This document shows, in pieces, positions 13,511 to 26,532 of a stretch of DNA of 64,000 nt. The position numbers were made by a program, and so were the translations under genes. Source of the stretch: Hydrolagus affinis (lineage: Eukaryota); NCBI GenBank assembly GCA_012026655.1, contig JAAILG010000021.1:1-64000 (forward strand). The letters are read 5' to 3'. Position 1 is the first letter of the stretch. Every line of letters starts with the position of its first letter. The notes beneath the pieces were generated by a model. It was not told where the DNA came from. It did not search any database and saw nothing but the letters and a program-made list of their open reading frames with translations.

Positions 13511-16500
13511 TCTTGACTCCGCAAAAAGTCAACCTCAGAACTGGCAGAACTTATGCAGAGGGCAAACGTTTCATTTGCAACTTACGACTGTCCAATTAGG
13601 GTTAGTAGTCACTTCAAAGTGAAGATGTTTTTGCTTTTTAAATTCCATGTAGAGTAAAAACAAGTTTATCCGACACCCTCGGGACCTAGCCAATTCCGGT
13701 TAAATGCCAAAATATTTTCTAGGAAAGAGTATGGTCACATTATGAACTCACACTGCTATAAGAAATGAAGAATTTGTTATATCCAGTGAAAATTCCAGTA
13801 TTTCAGTTCAATGTAAGATATAAAATAATGTCACAAGAGCCTTAACTGGTTATGTACAGTTTTGCCCATGCCAAACCCCAAACACACAGATTTTCAAAAG
13901 AAAACTCTGAAAATGTTTAGTTAGCCCCAATCATGTCAAGCTAAGAACAACATCAATACCAGGGGACCTTATAGCAAATACATGATTGTAAAATAAATTA
14001 CAACTAAGCACAAATAGTCAAGCAATTATTCAGATATTAATGATGATGGGAGATTATTATTATAGAGTCAGTATTGACTATGATTTTAAAAAGGCACACA
14101 GCTCAAGGATGTGCTCAAGAATGTTTTTCAACCGTGCACACAGTTCACTTGATAAACTATTTCCATAATTACATGCCAAAGATTGAGCTGTGGTGTGCAT
14201 TATTAACTTGGGGGAAGGTATGACTTCGCCATAGCTCACATTTATGTAATTCCGTCACTTTTTATTTGCAAAAAGGTAGGTTGCAAGCTATTTATCATTC
14301 ACTGAATTAAGCTTATCAGACAAGGTACATACTATTAAACAACCATTGCATTCTGCCATGTGAGGTCCACCGAGTGCAGCATTTTTCCAAACTGAACCTA
14401 ATAATAGAATGAGATACTCGGTTTCTAAAACATTGCAGCATCTCTTGGGTTCTTGTGTATTTTCTGTCAAGGGATGTCAAATATCGATCTAATTCTATTG
14501 CCAATTTAATTTAATAGTACTGGGGTCATGTTCATACAGGAGGGTATCATGGTAAGTTAGCAAGCCAGAACCCATACTGAGCTGCTTAATGTTTCTGAGA
14601 ATCTTTGTAAATGTCATACGTTTAAACCATGATTGATTTATAAACTACAGAAGTTTAAAAAATTAGAGTTCAAGTAAATATGAAATAATTGGACAAAGCG
14701 GTAGCACAGTTTGACCTGCCCCAATCGAGCCCTTTCAAGGTTGCCTGCATTATTGAGAAATATGTGCATAATTTCATTTTGTCTACCTTTGAACATACAA
14801 TGTTAGAAGTTAATTAAATTGCATGTCCATTGTGTTCATCCACTTGCAAAGTTAATGATATTCTGCTCCTGAATTGAAGAGCATTTTATAAAGCATACAC
14901 TATGGGACCTGGCAGACAGTACATAGCGCAATTGAACTCTGTCATATTCCCCAATTACACATCTCCTAATTAGAGGAGATATTGATGGGGATTTTTGTTT
15001 GACAATTTAAGACACAAGAAGTCATTCTGTGGCACAGATTTGTACGGAGCTTGCTTTAACATGTGGTCTATTTTTTCCCCCAAAAAAAAGGGTAATGCAA
15101 GGACATAAGAATATAGAATGAACTTACAGAATTTTATTTTTACTTTGAAAGATACCTTTTGTTTTTTGGAGTTCATATCCCAGCGGAGGTTGACACATCA
15201 AACTGTATGCCACACATACGTTGAATCAAATGGAAATAATCACAATACAGTACCGATTAAAATTTGACAAAACTTATTTTGTGGAGCCCAGCTTAGGGTA
15301 ACAGCACGCTATTAAGTAACACTTGTGTGATCGCAGCAGAAACGGGTAGTTACCAAAACTTATGCAAAACATTTGAGTGAATCTCACATATTGCCTTGGT
15401 GATTTGCTCAGTGTTAACACCTATCTCAATATGTCTATTGAATCTCATGAGGTTTTAATTGGCTGCCAGACACCCTCATGTTGACAGAAAATGACCAAGA
15501 GATAGTCACAGCACCATGGCAGTTAAGGTTTTTTGGTGCTTATGTCTGAAGGCCTATGTATGGAATAAAATGAAACAAATTTAAATTGTTTTGAGTCTTT
15601 CTTTCATTTTTTGCAGTAAATTTCTCACGAATTCTGCCTATTTGGGGGACGATGTAGTACTTTTTTGAAACATCCTTTGTGGTGCAGGAAACAACAAATG
15701 AACACTGATTTTGTGAAATCAGACCAAATGGGGAAGAATTGTCCTCCTGTAATCTTTTTAGATTCATATCCTTTTGTCAACTAAACATATAAAAATTCAA
15801 ACAACAGTTATCCGTGCATGATAACAACACGGTATAATCATTCTAGTACAGTACATAATATTGATTTTCATGATCAATGAAAGTATCCCGTTAAATTAGT
15901 ATATATTTTTTCAGGTTTGAAGATATTTATCATTTATAATATGAACTAATGTATGATGCTATTTTCTCTTAGGTTAAAAAGGTTAAGTACTGTACTATTT
16001 GCTCCATCAATCTTTTTCACTTTAAAATTAAATAAACACAATCTGATTAGTTAGTTTATTTTCATCAGGGCGTTCAAAACTAAATTTTGTAGCAAGTCTG
16101 GGAGTCAATGTGCACATCTTCATAATATTGCCATATCTCACATATAGTTAAACTCCACAGCCCAGAACCTTTACGATTCGCAAAAAAAGGCACCACAGCA
16201 AGCCATCATATTTGGTTAACTTATGAAAATAATCTTTATAAATGGCTTTCAAAAAGCCCAATCTTTAAAATAATATTGCACATTACAGGAGAGGGCAAGG
16301 GGACTATCTTTATTAAGCAATACCCATCTGAAATACGTTTTTTTTTTAAAAATTCTATTATGGGACTACAGGAAGAAGTGGATTAGCAAACTCTGATAAA
16401 AGTCTTCTCTTTATGATGGCTGTTTCCATCCTACATGAGTTTAGACAGTCTCAACTAGTTTCCAAAGTTTGGAAGAAACTAGCACTAAATTGAAAACCTC

Positions 16501-16974
16501 ATTCAAAGAGGTCAGAATATTGTCTGGTGTGGAAGGCGGAAAAAATATTGATTTGTGGGGCAAAGGATGAACACTAACATCCCTTATTTTGATAAACTAA
16601 ATATCACTAAAATAAATACAATTTAAATAAACTTCTACCTACTATTATTATCACCTCTTAAAGTACATTCTTATTTTTGTTTACATTTTTCAGCCCCGTG
16701 ATTGCCTAGGGCGGCAGTGGACATGAATCAGAAGGAGTCTAAACCTCAGCAAATATTTTCTCACCTATGACACCTGATGGATTTCTATTATCCAGCTGAA
16801 TACCAATTCCCAGGCTGACATGGTGGGTTACTGCAGAGCTGAAACATAGCACTGAGAAGGGAATAGTTCTCAACATTTCTAAGCAATGCACCAATTGCTT
16901 ATTGGAGACTTATTGGAGAGGAAGCACAACTTGAACTCAGCATTCTAACAATAGATTGTGATCTGCTCAGGTCC

Positions 16975-17055
16975 TGACCTGACTGTTCAGCGCTTTGGGA
17001 CGTCCTCCCGACTTGAAAGGCACTATACAAGTGCAATTTTGTTGTCGTTGTTGTT
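16975..17055 (+). mobile_element. L2 3' tail
   Basis: gactgttcagcgctttgggacgtcctcccgacttgaaaggcactatacaagtgcaattttgttgtcgttgttg. Confidence 0.8.
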
Positions 17056-19289
17056 ATGTATGGTAGACCCTGCATCACATGGGTTCAGTGTTTCTACATT
17101 GTTGCAGAATCCAAAGAAGATCTGTGGATTGAGGGTCATTGTTTCAGGACTTACAATGCCACATCTGAAAAGTTAATAACTTAATTTAATAATAAATGAC
17201 TTAATGAAGAAACACTTTTTTATTGTAATTAATCAGTACAACAGTACCTTACTTTGGTTTGTTTTACGTTGATTAATGGCTCTTGAGCAAAGGAAAGGCT
17301 CTGAAATGGGCAGCCATAACAGATAACCAACAGTTTAGACCATCCATGTCTTCATTGGGCAGGTAGAAATGTAGCTTCAAAAGAACAGAATAGTGTTCGG
17401 CAAGCTTGGTTCATTAAATCGTTTTCAGTAGATTACTCCAACCTTTTAGTGGATCATAAAGCTTTTATATTAGATCTATTATCTTCATCACTAATTGCAT
17501 CAAAGTTCACTACTTACGATAATGCACAGTCCAAAACTCCAAGTCTGTATCCACAGGGATTTCTCATGGCAATTAAGCTTATATTTTTGTTATTTATTCT
17601 TTTGTTGTCTGAAATTATTAGGTAACCAATACCATCATCTCATTATCTTAAAATACATTAGAAGAAATATGGCTGGCAAATGAAAAATAATTAATTTAAG
17701 ATGCATTTTTGTATGCATGACCAATCCACAATCCTTACATATATTGTGCACTGGTGAGGGCATGGAGTACTATTATAAATACAAATGTAATAATTATGGA
17801 AATTACATGACTGTAAATTGAATGTAATAATTATTTTTTTCAATTTCACTTTTATTGCTTCAGGCTAGAAGCCCATTTACCTCTAATTTCTGTGTTCAAA
17901 AAATGCAGTTATTTATTTTATTTCATTACTTTGTTCTGGTTAACAACCGTCCCTACCTTTTTCGAATGACCAAAAATTTCTGGTCATTTTCTCTAATTTC
18001 AAACTGGTGCACGACCAAAATAATATTTAGTCTGATCATAAATCTCCTCACATCCATCACCCAACTTCTGGAAAGGCTGTAGTGCTTGTTGGTGAACGGA
18101 TTCAAGAAACTGCTTTTATTATCCTTTCAGCCGTACTTTGCGGACAGCAGCAAAATCAAAACTATAACAGGATTGTAATTTTACATGATGCTTAAGGAAA
18201 GATTGAATTGAGAACCAGTTACACATTTCTGTAAGTGAATAACTATTCACAGAGATGATCAGAAAACATCTCTTTACAGATTTTACTTGAAAGGAGAGGA
18301 GGAACTTGGATGTTGAAGTTATAGTGTACTTGGAAATTCATATTGACGATTACAGTAAGATTTGAAATCAGCATTCTTTCGCCGGCTTTCTAATACCATA
18401 AAGGATTTTTAAAACATGTACAGTACTGTATTAGGATATCACGTGTTTCAATATTGCAATAATATTTGTATTTATTCCTAAAGACAGCAATGTTTCACCT
18501 TTATTTGAGACACTTTAGTACACAATGCATTCCTTTTGTAGTTTGAACATATTATTATATATATTTTTTAAAAGTATCTATATCCAAGTACTGTATACTC
18601 ATTAATATTGTTAAATTACAATTTAAAGTTCAAACCTTCAAATCCTTTGAAAAAGATCAATGTTAATATCTGTGTTAGAGCACTACCATTTTCTTTGACT
18701 AGAAAACAGTGCACCATTTATAGTGTATTACTACAATAGTTTCTTGTATCATGCCCCCATCATGTACTTCAGTAATATGAATCAGTTACTTTGAATAACT
18801 CTATTCATAGAAGTAATTACATCACTAATGTACCATTTCAAATAATATTAACATTCTTTCCCTTCATTTTTTATTGGGTCTCCATAACCCTCAAAAATAG
18901 ATTATCTATTTAGCCTCATTTTTATCAGAAACTAATTTTATTGGCCTTCATCTTTAATTCAATTTAAAACTTGATTTCCACTTCATACAGAGATTGATTT
19001 TTAAAAAAGAGAATATCCTAAAATAGTTTTCCCAAGTCTCTTAATTGCAATGAAACAGTCCATCATTACGTGTCAAACTATACACTGCACTCATTTCTAA
19101 ATGCATTAGAAACTTTAGTGAGGAGTGTAAATAAATGCTTTCAACTTGATCAAAATCTGTGAAAATCAATTAACCACAACTAGCTAAAACAATGGTTCCA
19201 TTATATTTTTATTTTCCCCAAAAAGCACAAGATTAGCACAAGGTTAAGCCACATGAGGCTCATTCATGTATTTCTAAGGATAGTACCAA

Positions 19290-19480
19290 GCTCCCCAATG
19301 ACTAGTGGGTGAAGCCACAGCCCAGTACAGCACTGACTCTGATGGCTGTAGATTCTATTGTGATCCATGCTGAGTCAGGCTGTTCTCAGCCACGGAAGCA
19401 GATGAAACGCAAAGAACCCCAGACTTGAGTTAGGGTGTAGAGGAGTGGAATTCCTATTCTGGATCACAATCGAGTAAATC
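19290..19480 (+). mobile_element. Ancient SINE-like repeat (family B), 5' part
   Basis: atccatgctgagtcaggctgttctcagccacgg...ttcctattctggatcac is similar to 58075-58150. Confidence 0.4.
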
Positions 19481-19534
19481 TCCCCCCACTCCCCTATCCC
19501 GTCCCCTCCACCATCCTGTAACGTATATATAAAA

Positions 19535-20260
19535 ATAGTATTCCTTGCATTTGATACAGGATGTTATCATGTCTTCAAGACGACTCAAAGTGCTTCACAA
19601 GGTATGTTGTAAAGTGAATTGACTATATTTTCTGGGTGAAACACAGCAGCCAATTGTGCCAGCAATATCCCACAAACAGGTGTAGATTGAGTGACCAAAT
19701 TATCATTCGTAATTTTTTTGGGAAGTGATTATTACCCCCAGAAAAGCGATCCACCAATTGACTAACGACTGGGTTATCCTTGCATTTGATATGGCGCTTT
19801 TCATGTTTTTGCCCATAAATCAGTCAATTCATAGACAATTCACTTTGCAGTGTATTCTGTGAAGTGCTTTGAGACGTCTAGAAGACTTGAAATGCGCTAT
19901 ATCAAATGAAATTTTATTATTATTCTAGACGTCTCAAAGTGCTTCACAAAATATGCTATAAAGTGAATTGACTGTATATTTTGCTGGAGAAACGTGGCAG
20001 TCAATTGCACACAACAATGTCGCACACACAGCCATGGGTTGAAATTACCAATTTATTATTTTTGGGGGGGTGTTTATTATTAGGCATGTGGAGTAAGGAA
20101 ACTTACCTTACTCCACAGGTTTCACCCTGCCTGGAATTGAACCCAGGTCTCTCGCTTGTAAAGCGAGTGCTCTAACCACTGAGCTACAGGATTACATGTA
20201 TCTATGTGTGTCAGCGGGAACACTATATCAAATGCAAGGATGATTATTATTATTATTAGT
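19535..20260. mobile_element. Cluster of family A SINE pieces in alternating orientation
   Basis: Minus copy 19535-19740; minus tail stub about 19777-19805; plus tail 19828-19923; near-full minus copy 19923-20195 with tRNA head (ggaattgaacccagg...aaccactgagctacagga); plus tail 20216-20258. Confidence 0.88.
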
Positions 20261-22749
20261 GTAACTAAAAAGCCTGGAGACACTTACTGTTCAGGCTCAT
20301 AAATGAAGAATGACCATTTGAGTACGGTACCAGAGAACTGTCAGAAACCACGAACTGTTCTCGCCAAAACATCGATGTATTTCGAAAAGAAGGAAGAAAA
20401 ATTGATGGAAAAGTATTGACATGTTTGAAACTTGCTGCAGTAAATAATTGGAATTTTGCATTATGCACCATTTTACAATAAGTTGTTTACAACCTTCGTC
20501 TGGAAGGAAAGCCTTTCAATGAAAATTCAATATTTGATAATACCCCCAATTACATGGCAGTGCAATCCAAATGAAAACATTCTTGGAAAAATGTTGTCAG
20601 GTGACAGTTTAGGAAAATGATGATATAGTGAAGAGCGAGATAACAATTTTCATAAAAGAACTTGTGTGAGATGCTCTCTTATGAACATAGCATTGACAAT
20701 AACATGAGCAATGTCCTTAATGTCTAATCAATGAGGCTATTGACAAATTACTAATGTAGTACTAGCGTCTGTGCACTAGGAACAATCCCAACTGCTGTTT
20801 GATATTTACCAACGATTGGACGCCAACATAGCTTCTCTGTCCAAATCACCGAGCATTTAAATGGGTAATAACAAACAACTCAGTTCCAATTAGAATGCTA
20901 GATAAGTTAAAAGGTCGATTGTTGCAATATAGTTTTGTTTCTGTTCAATTATGCAAAGCCATCAGTTTCAGAACCACATGAGAGTTGGTACGTTTAAGCT
21001 TTTCCTTTATTTCTGAGCCGGTTAAAGAAATTCCACTCATCATACGCTCCCAATTTGGAATTTATCGACTAAGAATTGAACTTTTCTTTCGGTGTCCTGT
21101 TGTGATTGCATAAATCCATTTCTGTCATTAAACAAAATGGAGGAAAATGGTTGCAACTCAACCCTCTACAAAAAGGAAGATCAATGATCCCAACCTGATC
21201 TTAACACTTGTCTGCCCACAATATCCAAGCTATCTGGAACCTGTCAGTTGGCTGTAAATGCGGTGCAATGTATACTACTAAGCCATCTCTAAACTTATGC
21301 AAACAGAATACGTTGGGAGTTGCCTCTTAACAGTACTATGTGTAAAGATAGTTGTGCTGCCATTATTGTCCCATAGCACAATGCAAAGCAAACACGTGCT
21401 TCAAATATACTATGATCAAACTTTTCTCAAATTCTTTCATCCTCATCAGACGGCTTCAAAACATTTTTGCCCTTATAGTATTTGGCACTTCAAAAATGTC
21501 ACGCAAAAATAATCCACACATGCTGAACTCCTAGTTTGGTTCTGATACTCTTAAGCAAAGTGATAGGTTTCTGTACCTGTCAAGATACCTGGATGAGCAA
21601 AACAAAATGCAAGAATATTGCTATATTTAAATTATTTTGTGATTTTAGTAAGCAACTGAATAGAATGGAAAAGCAATCATGTAAAATATAAATTAGTACA
21701 CTTCAGTTGTTCCAGTTTGGATATTCTGATCGTTACTAATAAGTGAAGGCGTTCTTTAAGTGTTATCTGTATTTAGATGGATACTTTCAGTCATTTGATG
21801 GAAGAATACATGAGTTGCTTTGGCCATAAACAAATTGCCGATTTTTTAATGAGGTAGCAAAATAATTGGAAGCTGTGGTAGCTTAAGAACTTTGCTAGGG
21901 TCAAATCACAGAAAAGGGAAGAGACAACAAGGGAAAATGTCACACCTTTTATGAACCACTCGGATCAGTGATTTTGGACTCTGTACAGTTAAACATCTTA
22001 GTACTATATTCTAGAACAAAGTGTTCTGTGTCTCTGTGTTTATTTTTTTCTGAATGCAGTTTGTTTTGCTCAACACACAGATATCATTAGCTCATTGTTA
22101 ACTTCTGAATAGGCTTCTCTGCTAAATGTGTCAATTCTCATTGTCCTTATTCCAAGCTGTTTCCATTGCTCACAGTTTAACCATTGCCGTGTCCCTGGTT
22201 CTAGGAGAGAACAACCAACCACCGCATCATTCAGGAATGTACTGCAGTTATTTTAAACCCTTAAAACGTTTCAAATGAGAACTTCAAGGGGATTAACAAA
22301 GTGCCTCAAGTGGGATTGTGAACTGCATTAGGAAGACACATTCAGGCCAACACTGAAAATGGCACCTTTGTTCTCATGTATGTGGTCGCAGTCTCTACTT
22401 GCCTGCAATCTGATCTGCTGACAAAAAAAAGGCAGTTTGTACAGTTAAAACAAACTGTTGGTTGATGTACCACCATTCATATTTTTAATGAATGGACAGG
22501 TCTGTCAAATGAACTATGGAACCCACGATCTCTTGTTTTACTTCCTTGATGATTCCTAAAATATTGACCTGGGTTTATTAACATAGAGTCCTTCACTATC
22601 ACAGCAAATTCTGCAATAGTTTCATCCTGTGTAGTGTTCTCTCTACCAAGAAAATAAACATCGGAAATAGACTGAAGAACTAGCAGTTACTTGCATAGAC
22701 TGTTATGGCATGAAATCATGATTCTGCGTTGTGGGGGCGGGTGATTCCT

Positions 22750-22817
22750 GTTTCACTCGACATCCTCATGATGTGAAAGGTGCTATAAAAATGTAATTTG
22801 TTGTTGTTGTTTGTTGT
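22750..22817 (+). mobile_element. L2 3' tail
   Basis: cgacatcctcatgatgtgaaaggtgctataaaaatgtaatttgttgttgttg. Confidence 0.7.
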
Positions 22818-23864
22818 CTGGTTCACACCAAAATGTTGGCAAATGTGCTGCAAGTTAGAAGCTCCCTCGGGTGATAAATATCTTCCTAGATACAAAGGTA
22901 ACTGTCAGAAGGAATGTTTTAGAAATGATGCCATTCTAACAAACACAAGCTTTTTTTCCATTATAACTGAATTATAAGAGGGACTATTGTAAAGTAATCG
23001 CAGTATTAATTTCCTTTCCTTCTTCCTAGGCCCTCGAGTGCTTAACATTCATCATGGACAAACTCCCAACAATTCCACTTATACATGGAAAGCCAGTGTT
23101 GAACATTAGCGACTACTTTGCTATTAATATCAATTCCTGTTGAATTTGTATGCTGATATTCTTGATGCCCGGTTATTTATTACTCATGAAGCAAAGAGAG
23201 AGAGAAAAACAATGGAACTGAGGAGTGACAGGGCCGCCTACCCTCTGAAAAAGGGCACAGCAGTCGGTCAGTCATGTGCTTTGAATTTGAAAATAGCACT
23301 CCCATTACAGCCACCAAATTGATCAAGTGTAATGTGAGCAACGACTATTTCCACAGTTCAGACCATTTGTGTTGTAAATGTTGTTTTGTTGCAGTCCTCA
23401 TAATATATTCACAATCACTGAAGGCATTAACAAAACAAACAAACCGATTAGCCATATTGATTCACTATGGTGAGAGGTTCAGACTCCAACCTGAGCAAGA
23501 CCAATCATGTCCAAATATTCCAAGCACGCATTAGCTTGTTAGTGCAGGAAAACCAGACTGGGAAGCGCTGATCTGCCTGTCAGGAGTTGTGTACTTTGTC
23601 AAGGGATGAGACTGGATCACAGGGAAGAAAGGACCATTCTCAACCATTACTAATTTGCAGATAGCTACAATTTGGATAACCGTCCTAATTATGAAACAAA
23701 AATCACGACTCACCGAAAATTCTTACACTCAATTCATAATCCTTAAAACTCTTTCAAAAACAAGCATTTTGGTGTTATTCAGCTGTTTCTATTTAAAAAT
23801 ATCTCGTTTTTAAAAAATTATTTTCATCTTACTGCGCTTGTCTTGTTTAACATTTTTGAATCTC

Positions 23865-24110
23865 AAAGGTTTTGAGTTTAAGCCCCATAGCAGAACTCAC
23901 ACTCCTTGGCAGCATTGAGAAAGCCCTGCATTAGTTGTCGACAAGACATTAAACCAAGGTTCCAGCTGCTTCTTTTGGTGGTAAAAGTGGAGATTACATG
24001 ACTTCATGGCACTACTTCAATAAAAAGTAAGCTCTTCTCTAATGTGCTGGTCAATATTTGTCTATCATCCAATATTCACACATAGGAAATTAATTTTCAT
24101 TCACACATGT
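23865..24110 (+). mobile_element. Old Deu-domain SINE
   Basis: agacattaaaccaaggttcc...catggcactacttcaa...tgtgctggtcaatattt resembles the Deu core as recalled. Confidence 0.6.
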
Positions 24111-25394
24111 TGGTACAGATGGGATGTTGGTTTGATAGTCATTTGATTTCAATGTAACCCAGTGAGGAAAGTGTTTTCTCAAAATAAGCAGGTTTTGTTG
24201 TACAGTGTTATCTATATGCAGTGCTGTATCCTGTATATCAAGGCAGCAGAATCAGAGAGCTGAGGGTTGTCAGGAAATTTTTTACTGCTTTTACCAATGT
24301 TGATACTGCTGTGTTCTTCACACAGAGGAAAAATAGCAGCTAAAGCACGTTTCTAGGAAAGGTGATATAATACAGGAAATCAGATTTATTTAAGAAACAA
24401 CTGGCTGCGGTAATTGGAAGATTTGAGTGGGTTTTGAAAGATGAGATTGAACAGCTTCTTCTGTACCCTCACCTCCTGGTTTTAGGTGAAAGGCTGAGCT
24501 CACAGGTGGTAGGACTATCAAGGTCTATTTAGGAAGTTATTCAATTCTCCTCTGCTGTCTCCAGACAGGACCCAAAAGCTAAGTTTTTGAATGTAAATAC
24601 TAATTTAATATTTCTGAAATCACAGAAAGGTTAGACAATTTTATAGACTGATGTGGCTTAAAGTGACCAGTCCTAAACATTTGAAAGAATTGCTCTGTGT
24701 TGGCAAACTGAACTATGGTATTGGCATAGTACTAATGAACATGCATGTAAAACCCCAAGCTGACAGAGACAGCAATGTTATAAATGTTCTCTCTCTAGAG
24801 GTCCAGCACAGTGTAAACTGCAACTTCTCAATTCTGACATGTAATCCATGGACATAAATCAGTTTTAAAACTGAGCATTCCTTAAATGTAAATCAATTAC
24901 ATTTCTGAGTTAAACTTTAATGATATTTTAATTGATTTCAAAACTAATTTTAGTTTGTATCTTCTAGAATACCAACAGGGTGTGGTATTCCTTGTTTTTC
25001 TGCTCTTAATAAAGTAATATATAAAAGGTTTACCAAAGCATCTCTCTTTATGAATGAAACACACTTGTTTCAGAAAATAAGTATAAACATTCACACTGTG
25101 AATACTGCCAGCTGATAATCCAGGGGCACCACTTTTAGGGACCAATCCGATAGTGTTTCATGCTCTGAAATATAGCTCTGTACCTTCAAGTTGGTTTCAA
25201 TGTGTCTCATTCTTTATTCCTAAAATCTTAACGCTCGTGTTATTCAACAGTTGACAACCTTCCTTGAGCTCTTATAACCAGGTAAGGCACATGGATTTCT
25301 CCCAATAAATTATAGTCACCTTAGCTTTCCACAAAATATAATGCATGGAAATGTCCACAAATGAGACAATTATGTATGTGGTATATGTGCAAAT

Positions 25395-25690
25395 GCTCCT
25401 TGGGACGTCCTCCTGATGTGAAAGGCGCTATACAAGTGTAATCTTGTTGTTATTGTAAATGAACAATGGCAGAGGAAGGTCCCACATTAGGGCAAAACAA
25501 GATGTAGAAGAGAGACGCTGCTGCTGATTGCCATCTCAGGGTAAAAGTGAAAGAGAAGAGAGGCACAGAACACTGGGAGAGGGGAAGACTCGGCAATACA
25601 TTTTCAGTTCAGCAATGTCAGAAATGGTTAGAACAACAACAAAATTACAATGATAGAGCACCTTTCACGTCAGGAGGATGTCCCAAGTAA
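25395..25690. mobile_element. Two L2 3' tails in inverted orientation (25395-25455 plus; 25632-25688 minus)
   Basis: cttgggacgtcctcctgatgtgaaaggcgct is reverse-complementary to agcacctttcacgtcaggaggatgtcccaag. Confidence 0.8.
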
Positions 25691-26301
25691 GGATATGACA
25701 GCCCCAATTGGAAGACCAGACACTAAATGTTATTTTCTTCCAAAAAATAAAATATTTTGCTTTTTTTTAAAGCAATTGATGATTAGTTGTAGGTCAGTTG
25801 TGGGTATTTTCATGACCACTCAATGGAAGGCCATTGTCCTGTAGTATTGTTTAATAAAGCAGTGGATTAATATAGGCTTGATTTATACTTTGTGCTGCCA
25901 AGATAGAAATTGCTGAACCAGCACGACTGAAGAAACCAGATCAGCCAACTTGCTTCACTGTGTGACACAATCTCCAGCTTTCAGCAGGATTTGTGGGCAT
26001 ATCATTGGGAAATAATAAGGCTATACTAAACAGCTTCCCTATCACACTGTGATAACATTCAGAGGGTGAAGTACAGTAGTATGCAACAGCTCACATATTG
26101 CAATGATAAAGCCTTCAGTAGCAGACAATACTTCATCAATATTTTAATTTTTTGTTCTTTCAATTCTCTTTTAGACTGGGGATAATTTTGCTTTATTGTG
26201 ATCTGAGAACTGATTGAAGCCCCCACACCCCAGAAATGTATTTCATGTTTGACTTTTATCTGCCATGTTGCATCAAAGATTTATTGCTGCCACCTTTAAT
26301 G

Positions 26302-26532
26302 GAGCACAAACATACCTGAGACATGCTGTCACCATGTGATGATGCCATCACTATTTTTCCCAAACTTCAGTGAATCGTAGGAATGCCCGGAGCCAGCAAG
26401 ACTAAAGGATCTACATCAGCCATTATACTTACTTGACTAGGTGACACGATCGCACAGCTATTACACTTGCCTTTCTGTGTGATCCACACATCATCACACA
26501 TTGACAGCATGTCTCAGGTAAGTATTGTGCTC
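26302..26532. repeat. Inverted repeat with ~43-bp arms and ~145-bp spacer; probable MITE relic
   Basis: Left arm gagcacaaacatacctgagacatgctgtcaccatgtgatgatg; right arm catcatcacacattgacagcatgtctcaggtaagtattgtgctc. Confidence 0.8.

Noticed and set aside
13660-13705. Tc1/Tigger-like terminal motif (gtagagtaaaaacaagtttatccgacacc)
   Set aside because: It is a single degenerate end and no partner TIR was identified.
26302-26532. Intronic C/D box snoRNA (GTGATGA next to a terminal stem)
   Set aside because: There is no CTGA D box at the matching position inside the stem. The motif is simply part of the inverted arms.
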